Below are positions 19,375-27,967 of a stretch of 64,000 nucleotides of DNA, piece by piece. Origin of the DNA: Nitrospinota bacterium (GTDB lineage: Bacteria; UBA8248); contig JASLZZ010000084.1 in assembly GCA_030754595.1 (NCBI GenBank), positions 12,578 to 76,577 of the forward strand, written 5' to 3'. The translations under genes were made by a program, and so were the position numbers. Numbering within the stretch: position 1 is the first letter of the stretch; each line of letters begins with the position of its first letter. Under the pieces are notes generated by a model. That model ran no database searches and had not been told where the DNA came from. It saw only the letters and a list, made by a program, of their open reading frames with translations.

Positions 19375-20322
19375 TCAGGCAAAAATATCCTCCAGCGCCA
19401 TTTCGGGTTCAGGCTCAGGACTCGCCTCGGCGAACGCCACCGCCTCGGCCAACTCTTTCTCGACCGCCGCCCGGTGGCCCTCGGCCTCCGCTTCGGAGAG
19501 CCCGAACAGCCTCCCGGCTACCGTCAGCGGATCGCGCGCCTTCCACTCGTTCCATTCCTCCTCGTCCCGGTAGGAGCCGAATTTCTTGTCGAGGCGGGAG
19601 TGCCCGTAGTAGCGGTAGGTCTTCGCCTCGATCAGGGAGGGCCCCTCGCCCGCCCGCGCCCGCTTCACCGCCTCGGCCACCGCCTCGTGGACGGCGAGGA
19701 CGTCCATGCCGTCCACGGTGACGCCGGGTGCGCCGTAGCCCTGGGCGCGGGTGGAAATGTCTTCGACCGAAGTGGAGTATTCGGCACGGGTGGAGGAGGC
19801 GAAATGGTTGTTCTCGCAGAAAAAAACGACCGGGAGCTTCCAGATGGCGCAAAGGTTCATCGATTCGTGAAACGCACCCTGGTTCGAGGCCCCGTCCCCG
19901 AAAAACGGCACCGCCACCTGGCCTCGGCCGTTGAGCTGGAAGGCGAGGCCAATCCCGGCGGCCATCGGCATGTTCGAGCCCACGATGGAATGCGCTCCGT
20001 AGTGGCCCTTCGATACGTCGGCGATGTGCATCGAGCCGCCCTTGGCGTGGCAGAGCCCGGCCGTTTTCCCGAAGAGTTCGGCCATCATTTCAGGCAGCCG
20101 TGTTCCCTTGGCTATCGAATGGCCGTGCCCCCTGTGGGTGGTCAGAATTGCATCGTCGTCGTTCAGAGCCGAGCACACACCGACCGAGCAGGCTTCCTGG
20201 CCCGCGCTCACGTGGATGCCGCCCCGGATGATTCCTCCCTTCTCGAAAAGCTCTTGCGCCGTTTCCTCGAAACGGCGTATCCGCACCATCGTGCGGTACA
20301 TCTCGCCCAGCTTTTCCCTCAT
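19375..20322 (-). CDS. 2-oxoacid/acetoin dehydrogenase E1 alpha subunit
   Basis: GQEA, HRGHGH, KGGSMH, GDGASNQG...ENN, YRYYGH. Confidence 0.92.
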   Translation of the reverse strand: MREKLGEMYRTMVRIRRFEETAQELFEKGGIIRGGIHVSAGQEACSVGVCSALNDDDAILTTHRGHGHSIAKGTRLPEMMAELFGKTAGLCHAKGGSMHIADVSKGHYGAHSIVGSNMPMAAGIGLAFQLNGRGQVAVPFFGDGASNQGAFHESMNLCAIWKLPVVFFCENNHFASSTRAEYSTSVEDISTRAQGYGAPGVTVDGMDVLAVHEAVAEAVKRARAGEGPSLIEAKTYRYYGHSRLDKKFGSYRDEEEWNEWKARDPLTVAGRLFGLSEAEAEGHRAAVEKELAEAVAFAEASPEPEPEMALEDIFA

Positions 20323-20392
20323 AAAAACTCCCTTGGAATCAGGCACGAATATCTCCTCTCGAAAAACCAAAAATTTCGATCATTGGCACAGA

Positions 20393-21571
20393 CTATCCCC
20401 CCGTCCCGAAGCGGTCCATCCACCAGTCGGCGATCCAGTTGCCGCACATGGAGAGATTGTCGAAACAGCAGTGCTGGCTGCCGCCGTCCTCGACCCGGAA
20501 AATCTTGAGTTCTTTTTCGAGCGAGCCGCAGGCCGCGTAGAGGCGGTGGGCCATATCGACGGGGACAATGTTGTCGTCCTCGCCATGGGTAATGCAGATG
20601 GGCATCCGGATATTCTCGGCGACGCCGTCGAGGGTGTAGGCCCGGCATTTTTCCATGGCGGCGTCCATGTCGGGCATGCCAAGGACCCAGGGAAGCTGCC
20701 AGATGGCCGAGGAGGAGACGGTGCCGCCGGCCTCAAGGACCTTGCGGCGGTGGAGCCAGACCTCGTGGTAGTCGAAGTGGGCGCCCCAGGTGAGGCAGGC
20801 GGCGTAGCGGTGCTCAAAGGCGGCGATGCGCGGGGCGTAGTAGCCGCCCATGCTCATCGCCATGACGCCGATGCGGGAGGAATCGACCCCCTCTCGGGCG
20901 TCGAGGTAATCGAAAGCCGCCGTACCGGGGACCTCGTAATCCGGGCGGCTGGGGATTTTGCCGAGACGCAGGGTTTCACCCTGGCCGGGGCCGTCCACGC
21001 AGAGCACCCCGATGCCGCGCTCGCTGAGGAAGCGCCCTCCCCAAAGGACGGTGAATTCCTTCGAGGCGTCGAGGCCGTCGAAGAAGGCGATAGCCGGGTC
21101 GTTTCCGGTCGGGTTGAGGGGCGGTATCCACCAGGCGGGGAGCGGTCCCTCCTCGTAGGGGACTTCGACGCGCTCGAAGCCGGGAGTCTGAAGTTTCATC
21201 CCTTTTTCGTAGTGGGGGAGCATCTCGCGGTAGGAGGCGGCTTTTCTCGGGTCCTCGGGGTGGACGAAGCGCTCGCAGGTGAAGCGGTAGATGGCGCTCC
21301 GGACGTAGGCCCCGGCGGCTGTGCGAGCGTGGCCCTTTTTCTCTTCGGCCTCGGCGAGGGCGAGGACCTTGTCGGCCATATCGATCCAGGCGTCGTGCCA
21401 GGCCTCTCCGTCGCCCACCTTGTCCTGGAGACGCTTTCCGATCTGATCCACCTCGTAGAAGGAGGTTCCCCCTAACGGGGCGAGGTTGATCTCACTGCAC
21501 ATGATCTGGGACCAGAGGTAGTGCTCGGGGAAGTATCTGAACCACGATCCTGCGATTTCCTCGGCGCTCAT
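20393..21571 (-). CDS. Alpha/beta hydrolase, DHPON hydrolase-like (paralog 3)
   Basis: WFRYFP N-terminus shared with the other two paralogs; FFDGLD, MSMGGYY, HGEDD, GSQHC. Confidence 0.85.
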   Translation of the reverse strand: MSAEEIAGSWFRYFPEHYLWSQIMCSEINLAPLGGTSFYEVDQIGKRLQDKVGDGEAWHDAWIDMADKVLALAEAEEKKGHARTAAGAYVRSAIYRFTCERFVHPEDPRKAASYREMLPHYEKGMKLQTPGFERVEVPYEEGPLPAWWIPPLNPTGNDPAIAFFDGLDASKEFTVLWGGRFLSERGIGVLCVDGPGQGETLRLGKIPSRPDYEVPGTAAFDYLDAREGVDSSRIGVMAMSMGGYYAPRIAAFEHRYAACLTWGAHFDYHEVWLHRRKVLEAGGTVSSSAIWQLPWVLGMPDMDAAMEKCRAYTLDGVAENIRMPICITHGEDDNIVPVDMAHRLYAACGSLEKELKIFRVEDGGSQHCCFDNLSMCGNWIADWWMDRFGTGG

Positions 21572-21804
21572 CGGGTATCTCCTTCAAAATTGGGCTGTTA
21601 CCGCCGGAGGGGCTCCCCGGTACTCCTCTGGAATAATTCGGTCTCTCGATTACTCCGAAATAGATTGTTTTTGATCTTTACATTTAAGGGTGTTACCGTA
21701 ATACCTAATCTTTATAACTTATGCCACCTGCAACGGGGAGGTGGACGATGCACCCGGTCTTGGGAACCAAGGCAAATCAACAGGACATATGGGGAGGAAG
21801 AGGT

Positions 21805-23343
21805 ATGCGCAGACTGGTCGTTATTTTATTGGTTTTGGCGCTGGGCGTCTTCAGCGTTTCCTGGACGGTCGAGGCAGCGTCGAAGGGTTCGGTAACGATC
21901 GCCCTGTCGGGCGAGCCGCCCACGATGGACCCGCACCGCACGTCGAATTTCGTTGGCGCCATGGTTTGGCGCTGGCCCTATGACACTCTGCTTTCGAGGG
22001 AGACGGGCACGGGTAAAATCATTCCCTGGCTGGCGGAGAAATACGAACTGCTTGAGGGGACAAAGAAGATCAAGTTCTGGCTCCGCAAGGACGCGGTTTT
22101 CTCCGACGGCTCTCCCGTCACATCGAAGGCGATGGTCTGGTCAATCAGCCGCGTGCTCAAGGCCGCCCGGCAGAAGAAGTATTTCTCCTCGTTCGACCGG
22201 ATAGAGATCATCGACGATAAGACCTTCATCTGGCACAACAAGACGCACGACAACGGCGTCCTGTCCCGGGTCACCCGCTGGGCGGGCCTGATGAGTCTCA
22301 ACGCCAAGGGCAAGAAAAAGGCCCATCTTTCGCGGAACACCTACGGCTCGGGCCCCTACGTCCTCAAGTCCTGGACCAAAGGCAACAAGATGGTGTTTGT
22401 GGCGAACAAGAAGTGGTGGGGCAGGAAGCAGTTCCCCGATATGCCGAATACGGTTGTCCTCAGGCGAATCAAGGAAGCGGCGACGCGCGTGAAGGCGCTT
22501 GAAGCCGGCGAGGTCGACGTTGCCTGGGGCGTGCTTCCGCAGTTTGTCAAGGCCCTCCAGAAGAACCCGAAAACGAACGTGAAGGCCGTTCCGGCCGTCC
22601 GGATTATGTTCCTGAGCTTCTTCTCCAAGCACGGCGGCCCGTTCGCGAACCAGAAGGTTCGTCTCGCGGTAAACTATGCCATCGACGATGCGCTCATCCG
22701 CAAGACGATCCTGGGCGGGCGTGCCGATGCCATCGGTGGTCAGCTCCATCCCTGGAACTTCTCGGGCTATAACCCGAAGCGGAAGTGGTGGGGCTACGAT
22801 GTGGCGAAGGCTAAGAGCCTGCTGAAAGAGGCCGGCTACGGGAATGGTTTCAAGGCCGAACTCATCGCGACGAACGGCCGCTACCCGGGCGACAAGCCGA
22901 CCTGCGAGGCCATCGCCGGAATGCTCAAGAAAATCAAGATCAACGCTACCTGTAACTCACAGCGGTTCCCGCTCTTTAAGAAGTATCACCGCGCCTATCA
23001 GGCCGGAAAACGGAAGGGCGCCGCGATGTACTACATGGGATTTGGCAACGGCGGCGGCGAGCCTGGCCTCTTGTTCTCGGGCACGACAATGTGCGGCGGC
23101 GCTTGGAGCGGTCACTGCTTCAAGGATATCGACGCCCAGGTGATGAAGGCGAATGCCGAGCCCAATCCCAAAAAGCAGCATGCGGAGTATGACAAAGTAA
23201 CCGGGATGACGAAGGCGAAAGCCACGGCCAAGGTCGTGGCGAAGATTCACGACGTGCTCGGGTACAGCAACCGGATCAACTGGACCCCCCGGCACGACGA
23301 GACGCTGTATCCCTGGGAAATCAGCATGAAGGCGACGAACTAG
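21805..23343 (+). CDS. ABC transporter substrate-binding protein, family 5
   Basis: Signal peptide MRRLVVILLVLALG..., EPPTMDP, LR.D..FSDG, GSGPY, VRLAVNYAID, AKSLLKEAG. Confidence 0.92.
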   Translation: MRRLVVILLVLALGVFSVSWTVEAASKGSVTIALSGEPPTMDPHRTSNFVGAMVWRWPYDTLLSRETGTGKIIPWLAEKYELLEGTKKIKFWLRKDAVFSDGSPVTSKAMVWSISRVLKAARQKKYFSSFDRIEIIDDKTFIWHNKTHDNGVLSRVTRWAGLMSLNAKGKKKAHLSRNTYGSGPYVLKSWTKGNKMVFVANKKWWGRKQFPDMPNTVVLRRIKEAATRVKALEAGEVDVAWGVLPQFVKALQKNPKTNVKAVPAVRIMFLSFFSKHGGPFANQKVRLAVNYAIDDALIRKTILGGRADAIGGQLHPWNFSGYNPKRKWWGYDVAKAKSLLKEAGYGNGFKAELIATNGRYPGDKPTCEAIAGMLKKIKINATCNSQRFPLFKKYHRAYQAGKRKGAAMYYMGFGNGGGEPGLLFSGTTMCGGAWSGHCFKDIDAQVMKANAEPNPKKQHAEYDKVTGMTKAKATAKVVAKIHDVLGYSNRINWTPRHDETLYPWEISMKATN

Positions 23344-23366
23344 TCCGCCTCACTAGGGTGTAATCG

Positions 23367-23402
23367 CGCGGGGGGCCGGTTTCGGCCCCCCGCGTTTTTT
23401 TT
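23367..23402 (+). terminator. Rho-independent terminator
   Basis: Perfect 12-bp stem CGCGGGGGGCCG-gttt-CGGCCCCCCGCG followed by 8 T, downstream of the SBP gene. Confidence 0.85.
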
Positions 23403-23426
23403 GACACTGCGCAAGAGGGAGTCCGA

Positions 23427-24617
23427 ATGACACTCGAGAAAGATCATCCCCGCCACTCGAAAGAAGAGTATCGCCGCCGCTACCGCGAGATCAGAAAGCG
23501 GATGCGCGAACGAAGGCTCGATGTTCTCGTCATGTACGGCGACTCGGGCAGTCACGGCGGCAACCAGGCCAGCATCAAGTATGTGTCGAACTACAAGGAC
23601 CCGGTCAGCAGTTTTATCGTCTTCCCGCTCAAGGGCGATCCCGCTCTTTACATGTCGAACCGCCTTTATCTGCCCTACGCGAAGCAGATGAGCGTCATCC
23701 GGCGGACCGAGGCGGTCGACTACGACCCCGGCGGCAAGGTCGAGCGGAGGCTCCGCGAACTGGGACTCGAGAAGGCAGCGATCGGGGTTGTCGGCTACCG
23801 GGGAATTCTCCAGACCTCGATTCCCTTCAGCGTGATGGACCACTGGCGGCGCGAACTCAAGGGGGCCTCTTTCATCGAGGCGACCGATCTCCTCCACGAG
23901 GTCCGTGCCATCAAGAGCAAGGAGGAGTTGAAATGGTTCCGCAAGGGCGCCGCCCTGACGGACATGGCATTCGAAGCGCTGGATAAAAAAGCCCGCGAGG
24001 GGATGACCGACTACGAACTGGCGGCGGTGGTGTCGAACGGTTACATGCCCAGCGGCGGCGGACAACAGCTCATCTTCGTCGGCTCCACCTCGATGGCCCG
24101 GCCTCACCTGATCTTTCCGAACCAGTTCCCTACCCACAGAAAGACCCGGAAAGGCGACATCGTTTTGACCGAACTCTCGGCCGACTATTATATGCACTCC
24201 GGGCAGGCGCACCGTCCGATCGTGGTGGGCGCGAAACCCACCCCCATCTATCGAAAGCTCTACGATGTGTCCGTCGAGGCCTACGAACGGATTCTCAGGG
24301 CAGTCAAACCAGGCGCGGGTCACGAGGATGTGCGCAGGGCGGGCGCGATCATCGGCGAAGAGGGGTTCACCACCTTCGACACCACCTTCCACGGGTGGGG
24401 ACTACTAATCGAAAATCCCCGGGTGGACGTTGACGCCACTATTATCAAGCGACCTCAGAACGAAGTCGTATTCAAGGAGGGGATGTTGATGGTGATCCAG
24501 CCCAATGTCCTGACGGCGGACGGCAGGCGCGGCCTCCAGGTGGGAAATCTCGTCGAGGTGACGAAAACCGGTGCGCGCTCGCTTCAGAAATTTCCCATGA
24601 AATTCATGCGGATTTAG
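23427..24617 (+). CDS. M24 (Xaa-Pro peptidase/creatinase) fold protein, probably metal-independent
   Basis: Creatinase-type N-domain, RAIKS.EE, VKPG and HGWG; the usual acidic metal ligands are substituted. Confidence 0.8.
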   Translation: MTLEKDHPRHSKEEYRRRYREIRKRMRERRLDVLVMYGDSGSHGGNQASIKYVSNYKDPVSSFIVFPLKGDPALYMSNRLYLPYAKQMSVIRRTEAVDYDPGGKVERRLRELGLEKAAIGVVGYRGILQTSIPFSVMDHWRRELKGASFIEATDLLHEVRAIKSKEELKWFRKGAALTDMAFEALDKKAREGMTDYELAAVVSNGYMPSGGGQQLIFVGSTSMARPHLIFPNQFPTHRKTRKGDIVLTELSADYYMHSGQAHRPIVVGAKPTPIYRKLYDVSVEAYERILRAVKPGAGHEDVRRAGAIIGEEGFTTFDTTFHGWGLLIENPRVDVDATIIKRPQNEVVFKEGMLMVIQPNVLTADGRRGLQVGNLVEVTKTGARSLQKFPMKFMRI

Positions 24618-24708
24618 AAAAAAAGCAGGTTTTACAGTGGGTTTGCAAGCGGGGCCGCAGCGTTTTCGTTCCGTTTGGGGCTGCTCAATGTCATCTCCTT
24701 GAAGTTGC

Positions 24709-26112
24709 CTAAATCTTCCAGGCGACCCCCGCGATTTGCCACCAGAAGAGCGTCGCCGTCAGGGTAGTGGCGAAGGCTATCGCGGTCATGAACATTCCGA
24801 ACCGGAAGATCTCTCCCGCGGTTAAATGCCCCCGTTCGTAGACGGCGAGGCTGCTCGGACTCTGCGCCGGGTAGAACAGGATCGAATCTCCCATCAGAAG
24901 AACACCGAGGGCGCACACGAGCGGGTTCAGGCCGCCGCCCTGGCCGATCTCGATGGCAATCGGAATCGTGATGGCGAGGTAGCCGGTGATGTTGGGAACT
25001 AGAATCCGCACCGGAACGCTCACCGCCAAAATAACGGCGAAGAGGAAATACGGCCGCTCGGCGATGGCCGGGGCCAGTTGCAGCAAAGTGAAGGCCAGCC
25101 ATTTCGCAGCCCCGGTGTGTACCATCGTCCAGCCGAGGGAAAGCGAGGCGCCCAGGAGAAAAAACGTCGCCCATGAAAACCTCGTCTCGAAGTCATTCCA
25201 TTCGAGCACGCCGACGCCGGGGGCGAGGAGGAGCGCCCAGGCCATCATCGCCGGCACCGCGGGGTGAAGGCCGTGGATCGGGTCCGAGAGCCAGAGCGCC
25301 GAGGCCATGAGAATGATCAGGGCGGTTCGGATCTCGCCGCTTTTTAAGGGAGTTTTTTCGGCTTCAGGGAGGTCGAGCCGGACGCTCTCGCCGCGCATGT
25401 ACCAGAGGTAAAGGAATAACGAGCCGATGAACAGCGTCAGATAGTAGGGAACGCCCAGAAGGAGAAACCACCGGCCCCATCCCATCCCCCCGATCAGCGA
25501 GGCGGCCACGATTGAGGTCATTCCGCCGGTGAGAAGGGCCGAGGAGGCGAGGCGGTTCAGAGAATGAAGCGCCATCATGACGGCGCGGGCGACGGGTGCC
25601 CCTTTCTTAACGCCGGTGAGCGTGAAGGTGCGGTCGAAAACTTCGGCGAGAATGAGAGACCGGCTGTTCGCCGAGGGCATGATCAGCGCCATCGGCGGAA
25701 ACGAGACCACCATGAACCAGAATAGCGGGCCGCTCTTTCCGCCCGAGAGGCGAAGAAAGAAACGGCCGATTCGCTCGGCGAGGCCGACGCGCTCGACGGC
25801 GATGGCGATGGTGAATACGCCGATGAGGAAAAAAATCACGGGCTGTGAGAAACCGACAAGAGCCTCGCTCACCGACGAGGAGGCCCCCGTCAGAATCAGC
25901 AGCAGGATAACCAGCCCGCCGGTCAGCCCCGCCGGAAGGATTTCGCTTGTCCAGAGGACGACCGCCGCCGCCGCGACGAGCAGCGTCCGGTAGCCCGGCA
26001 CCGAAAGACCGGTTGGCGGGGGAAGAAACAGACAGATGAAAAACGCTAAAAGAAGAAGTGGGGGCAGGCGGCCGAAAGCGCCCGCGCGGGCGGTGTGAAC
26101 CGTTTGGCTCAT
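24709..26112 (-). CDS. SLC13/DASS family anion (dicarboxylate/sulfate) permease
   Basis: About a dozen hydrophobic segments; LWTSEILP, MPSANSR, TGAAKWLA and PAQSPSS motifs of DASS transporters. Confidence 0.8.
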   Translation of the reverse strand: MSQTVHTARAGAFGRLPPLLLLAFFICLFLPPPTGLSVPGYRTLLVAAAAVVLWTSEILPAGLTGGLVILLLILTGASSSVSEALVGFSQPVIFFLIGVFTIAIAVERVGLAERIGRFFLRLSGGKSGPLFWFMVVSFPPMALIMPSANSRSLILAEVFDRTFTLTGVKKGAPVARAVMMALHSLNRLASSALLTGGMTSIVAASLIGGMGWGRWFLLLGVPYYLTLFIGSLFLYLWYMRGESVRLDLPEAEKTPLKSGEIRTALIILMASALWLSDPIHGLHPAVPAMMAWALLLAPGVGVLEWNDFETRFSWATFFLLGASLSLGWTMVHTGAAKWLAFTLLQLAPAIAERPYFLFAVILAVSVPVRILVPNITGYLAITIPIAIEIGQGGGLNPLVCALGVLLMGDSILFYPAQSPSSLAVYERGHLTAGEIFRFGMFMTAIAFATTLTATLFWWQIAGVAWKI

Positions 26113-26367
26113 TTCCGGTTCTCCGGTAAAAACATAATCTCGCCTCCTTTTCCCTCTGCCGGGGCTTCCGCCGAGGGAAATGGGTTTTGTCGATGAGTCT
26201 ATTGGGGATTCTAACGCCTTCGAGCGGGCGAATCGATCCGGCCGCGTAAGAAGCTTCTCCGGAACGGTTGACACGGCGTGGGCGGGCTCGTTCATACTCG
26301 GGTTTCGAGTCTTGAGTCTCGGGCCTTTTCGGACCCGGCCCTATTTCCATGAATTCGGGGAGCGAAT

Positions 26368-27354
26368 ATGCCGTTCGAGCGCGACGAAAGTGACCTCGTC
26401 GAAGTGTATTACGAAAAAGGTTGGACGGACGGGCTTCCCGTCGTGCCCCCGACGCGAGAGAAGGTGGACGCCCTGCTTCGGGCGGGCGGTCTTCCCGCGG
26501 ACGACGTCCTCGGAGAAATCGCACCCAATTACGGCGCCGCCACCGGCGAGAAGGTCGCGATCAACGCTGTGATGGCGGGCTGCGCTCCCGAGCATATGCC
26601 CCTTGTCGTCTCGGGCGTCCGTATCATGGCGGACAAGGAATTCAACCTTCACGCGATCGGGGGAATGACCGATTCCGCCTCGCCCCTCGTCATCGTCAAC
26701 GGGCCCGCCCGAGAAGCGGGGGGCATTAACTGCGGAAACGGGGTTTTCGGGAACGGAACGCGCGGGAACGCCGTCGTCGGCCGAGCGTTGATGCTGGTGC
26801 TCGCCAACATCGGGGGTTCGCGGCCGGGCGGGATTTCCCGGACGATGTTCGGCTCGCCGGCAAGGTACTCCTACTGCATCGGCGAGAACGAGGAGGAAAG
26901 CCCCTGGGAGCCGCTTCACGTAGAGCGCGGGATCGAAGCTGGCCGGGGGGCGGTGACGATGCTCCCCTGCGAGTCGCCCCACGAGATTCGGATCGAGGGG
27001 GTGACTAAGGCGGAGGAGATGGCCGATATCCTGGGGCGCTCGATGTGCAGCGTCTGGTCGGCGAACAAGCATCATATTCACATCAGCGGGGTGATTCTGG
27101 CGCTGGGGCCGATGCATGCGGCCGTGTTCGGAGGCGCGGGCTGGAGCAAGGCTGCTACGCGGAACGTTATTTTTCAGTCTGCGATTATGCCCGACGAGGA
27201 AAACGGCTCCCCTTTGCGAAAGTTTTTGTCGCCCGAGGCTATTACGATAATCGTGGCGGGCGGCGCAGGTGGAATTTACAGCATGCTCTTGCCCGGCATC
27301 GCAGACTACATGGGGACGAACATGGTCACCCGGCCGGTCGAGCCCGCGGGGTAG
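26368..27354 (+). CDS. Conserved protein of the type found next to UGSC selenoproteins (unknown function)
   Basis: GWTDGLPVVPPT...EKVAINAVMAGC...VNGP...GENEEESPWEPLH...IIVAGG motif set; immediately upstream of the UGSC gene. Confidence 0.75.
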   Translation: MPFERDESDLVEVYYEKGWTDGLPVVPPTREKVDALLRAGGLPADDVLGEIAPNYGAATGEKVAINAVMAGCAPEHMPLVVSGVRIMADKEFNLHAIGGMTDSASPLVIVNGPAREAGGINCGNGVFGNGTRGNAVVGRALMLVLANIGGSRPGGISRTMFGSPARYSYCIGENEEESPWEPLHVERGIEAGRGAVTMLPCESPHEIRIEGVTKAEEMADILGRSMCSVWSANKHHIHISGVILALGPMHAAVFGGAGWSKAATRNVIFQSAIMPDEENGSPLRKFLSPEAITIIVAGGAGGIYSMLLPGIADYMGTNMVTRPVEPAG

Positions 27355-27409
27355 ACAGAAGTCCCCGGAGCGGCAGGCAGGCGCGGATTTTTTTCTGAAG
27401 GAGAGGATT

Positions 27410-27940
27410 ATGCCCGAGCTATTCGATCCGACCGCGAAGCCGAAGCGCCGCGTCGAGAACCTGGCGGTGCGCCCCGGCAGCCTCGCGGGAAAGGTGATTG
27501 GCCTTCTGGACATCGGCAAGCCGAAGGGGGATTGGTTTCTCGAGGCGGTGGGGGAGCTTCTCAGGGAGAACTACGGGGCCCGCGAGACGGTCTACTACCG
27601 CAAACCGACGCACGCCAAGCCCGCGCCCGGTGAGTTGGCCGAGGAGATCGCCCAGCGGTGCGACGCCGTTGTCGAGGCGCTCGCCTACTGAGGAAGCTGC
27701 ACGACGTGCAGTTTGCACGATGCGGCCTTTTTCGAGCGCTGGGGAGTGCCGGCGGCGCCGGTGGTGACGCGGGAGTTTCTTCAGGCGGGGGAATTTCAGG
27801 CGAAGGCCCTCTTCGGCGGAGACTACCCGATCGTTTTCACCCCTCATCCGGTCGCCCACATGGAAAAGGAAGAGTTCTCCCGGCTCGCGCAGGATGCGCT
27901 CGAGGGGATCGCCGGCCGGCTCATGTCCGCCTCCTCATAA
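27410..27940 (+). CDS. UGSC family selenoprotein (176 aa; Sec at codon 94, TGA 27689-27691)
   Basis: ORFs ending at 27691 and 27940 are in frame across one TGA: ...VEALAY-U-GSCTTCSLHDAAFFERWGVP... Strong RBS before 27410 and a SECIS-like hairpin downstream of the UGA. Confidence 0.9.
27692..27726 (+). promoter_or_regulatory. Candidate bacterial SECIS element
   Basis: GCUGCA-cga-CGUGCA-GUU-UGCACG-a-UGCGGC stem-loop with a G-starting apical loop after a 19-nt spacer from the UGA. An alternative fold AAGCUGCAC/GUGCAGUUU is also possible. Confidence 0.6.
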
Positions 27941-27967
27941 CCTCGACTTAATGAACTGGAGCCCGGT

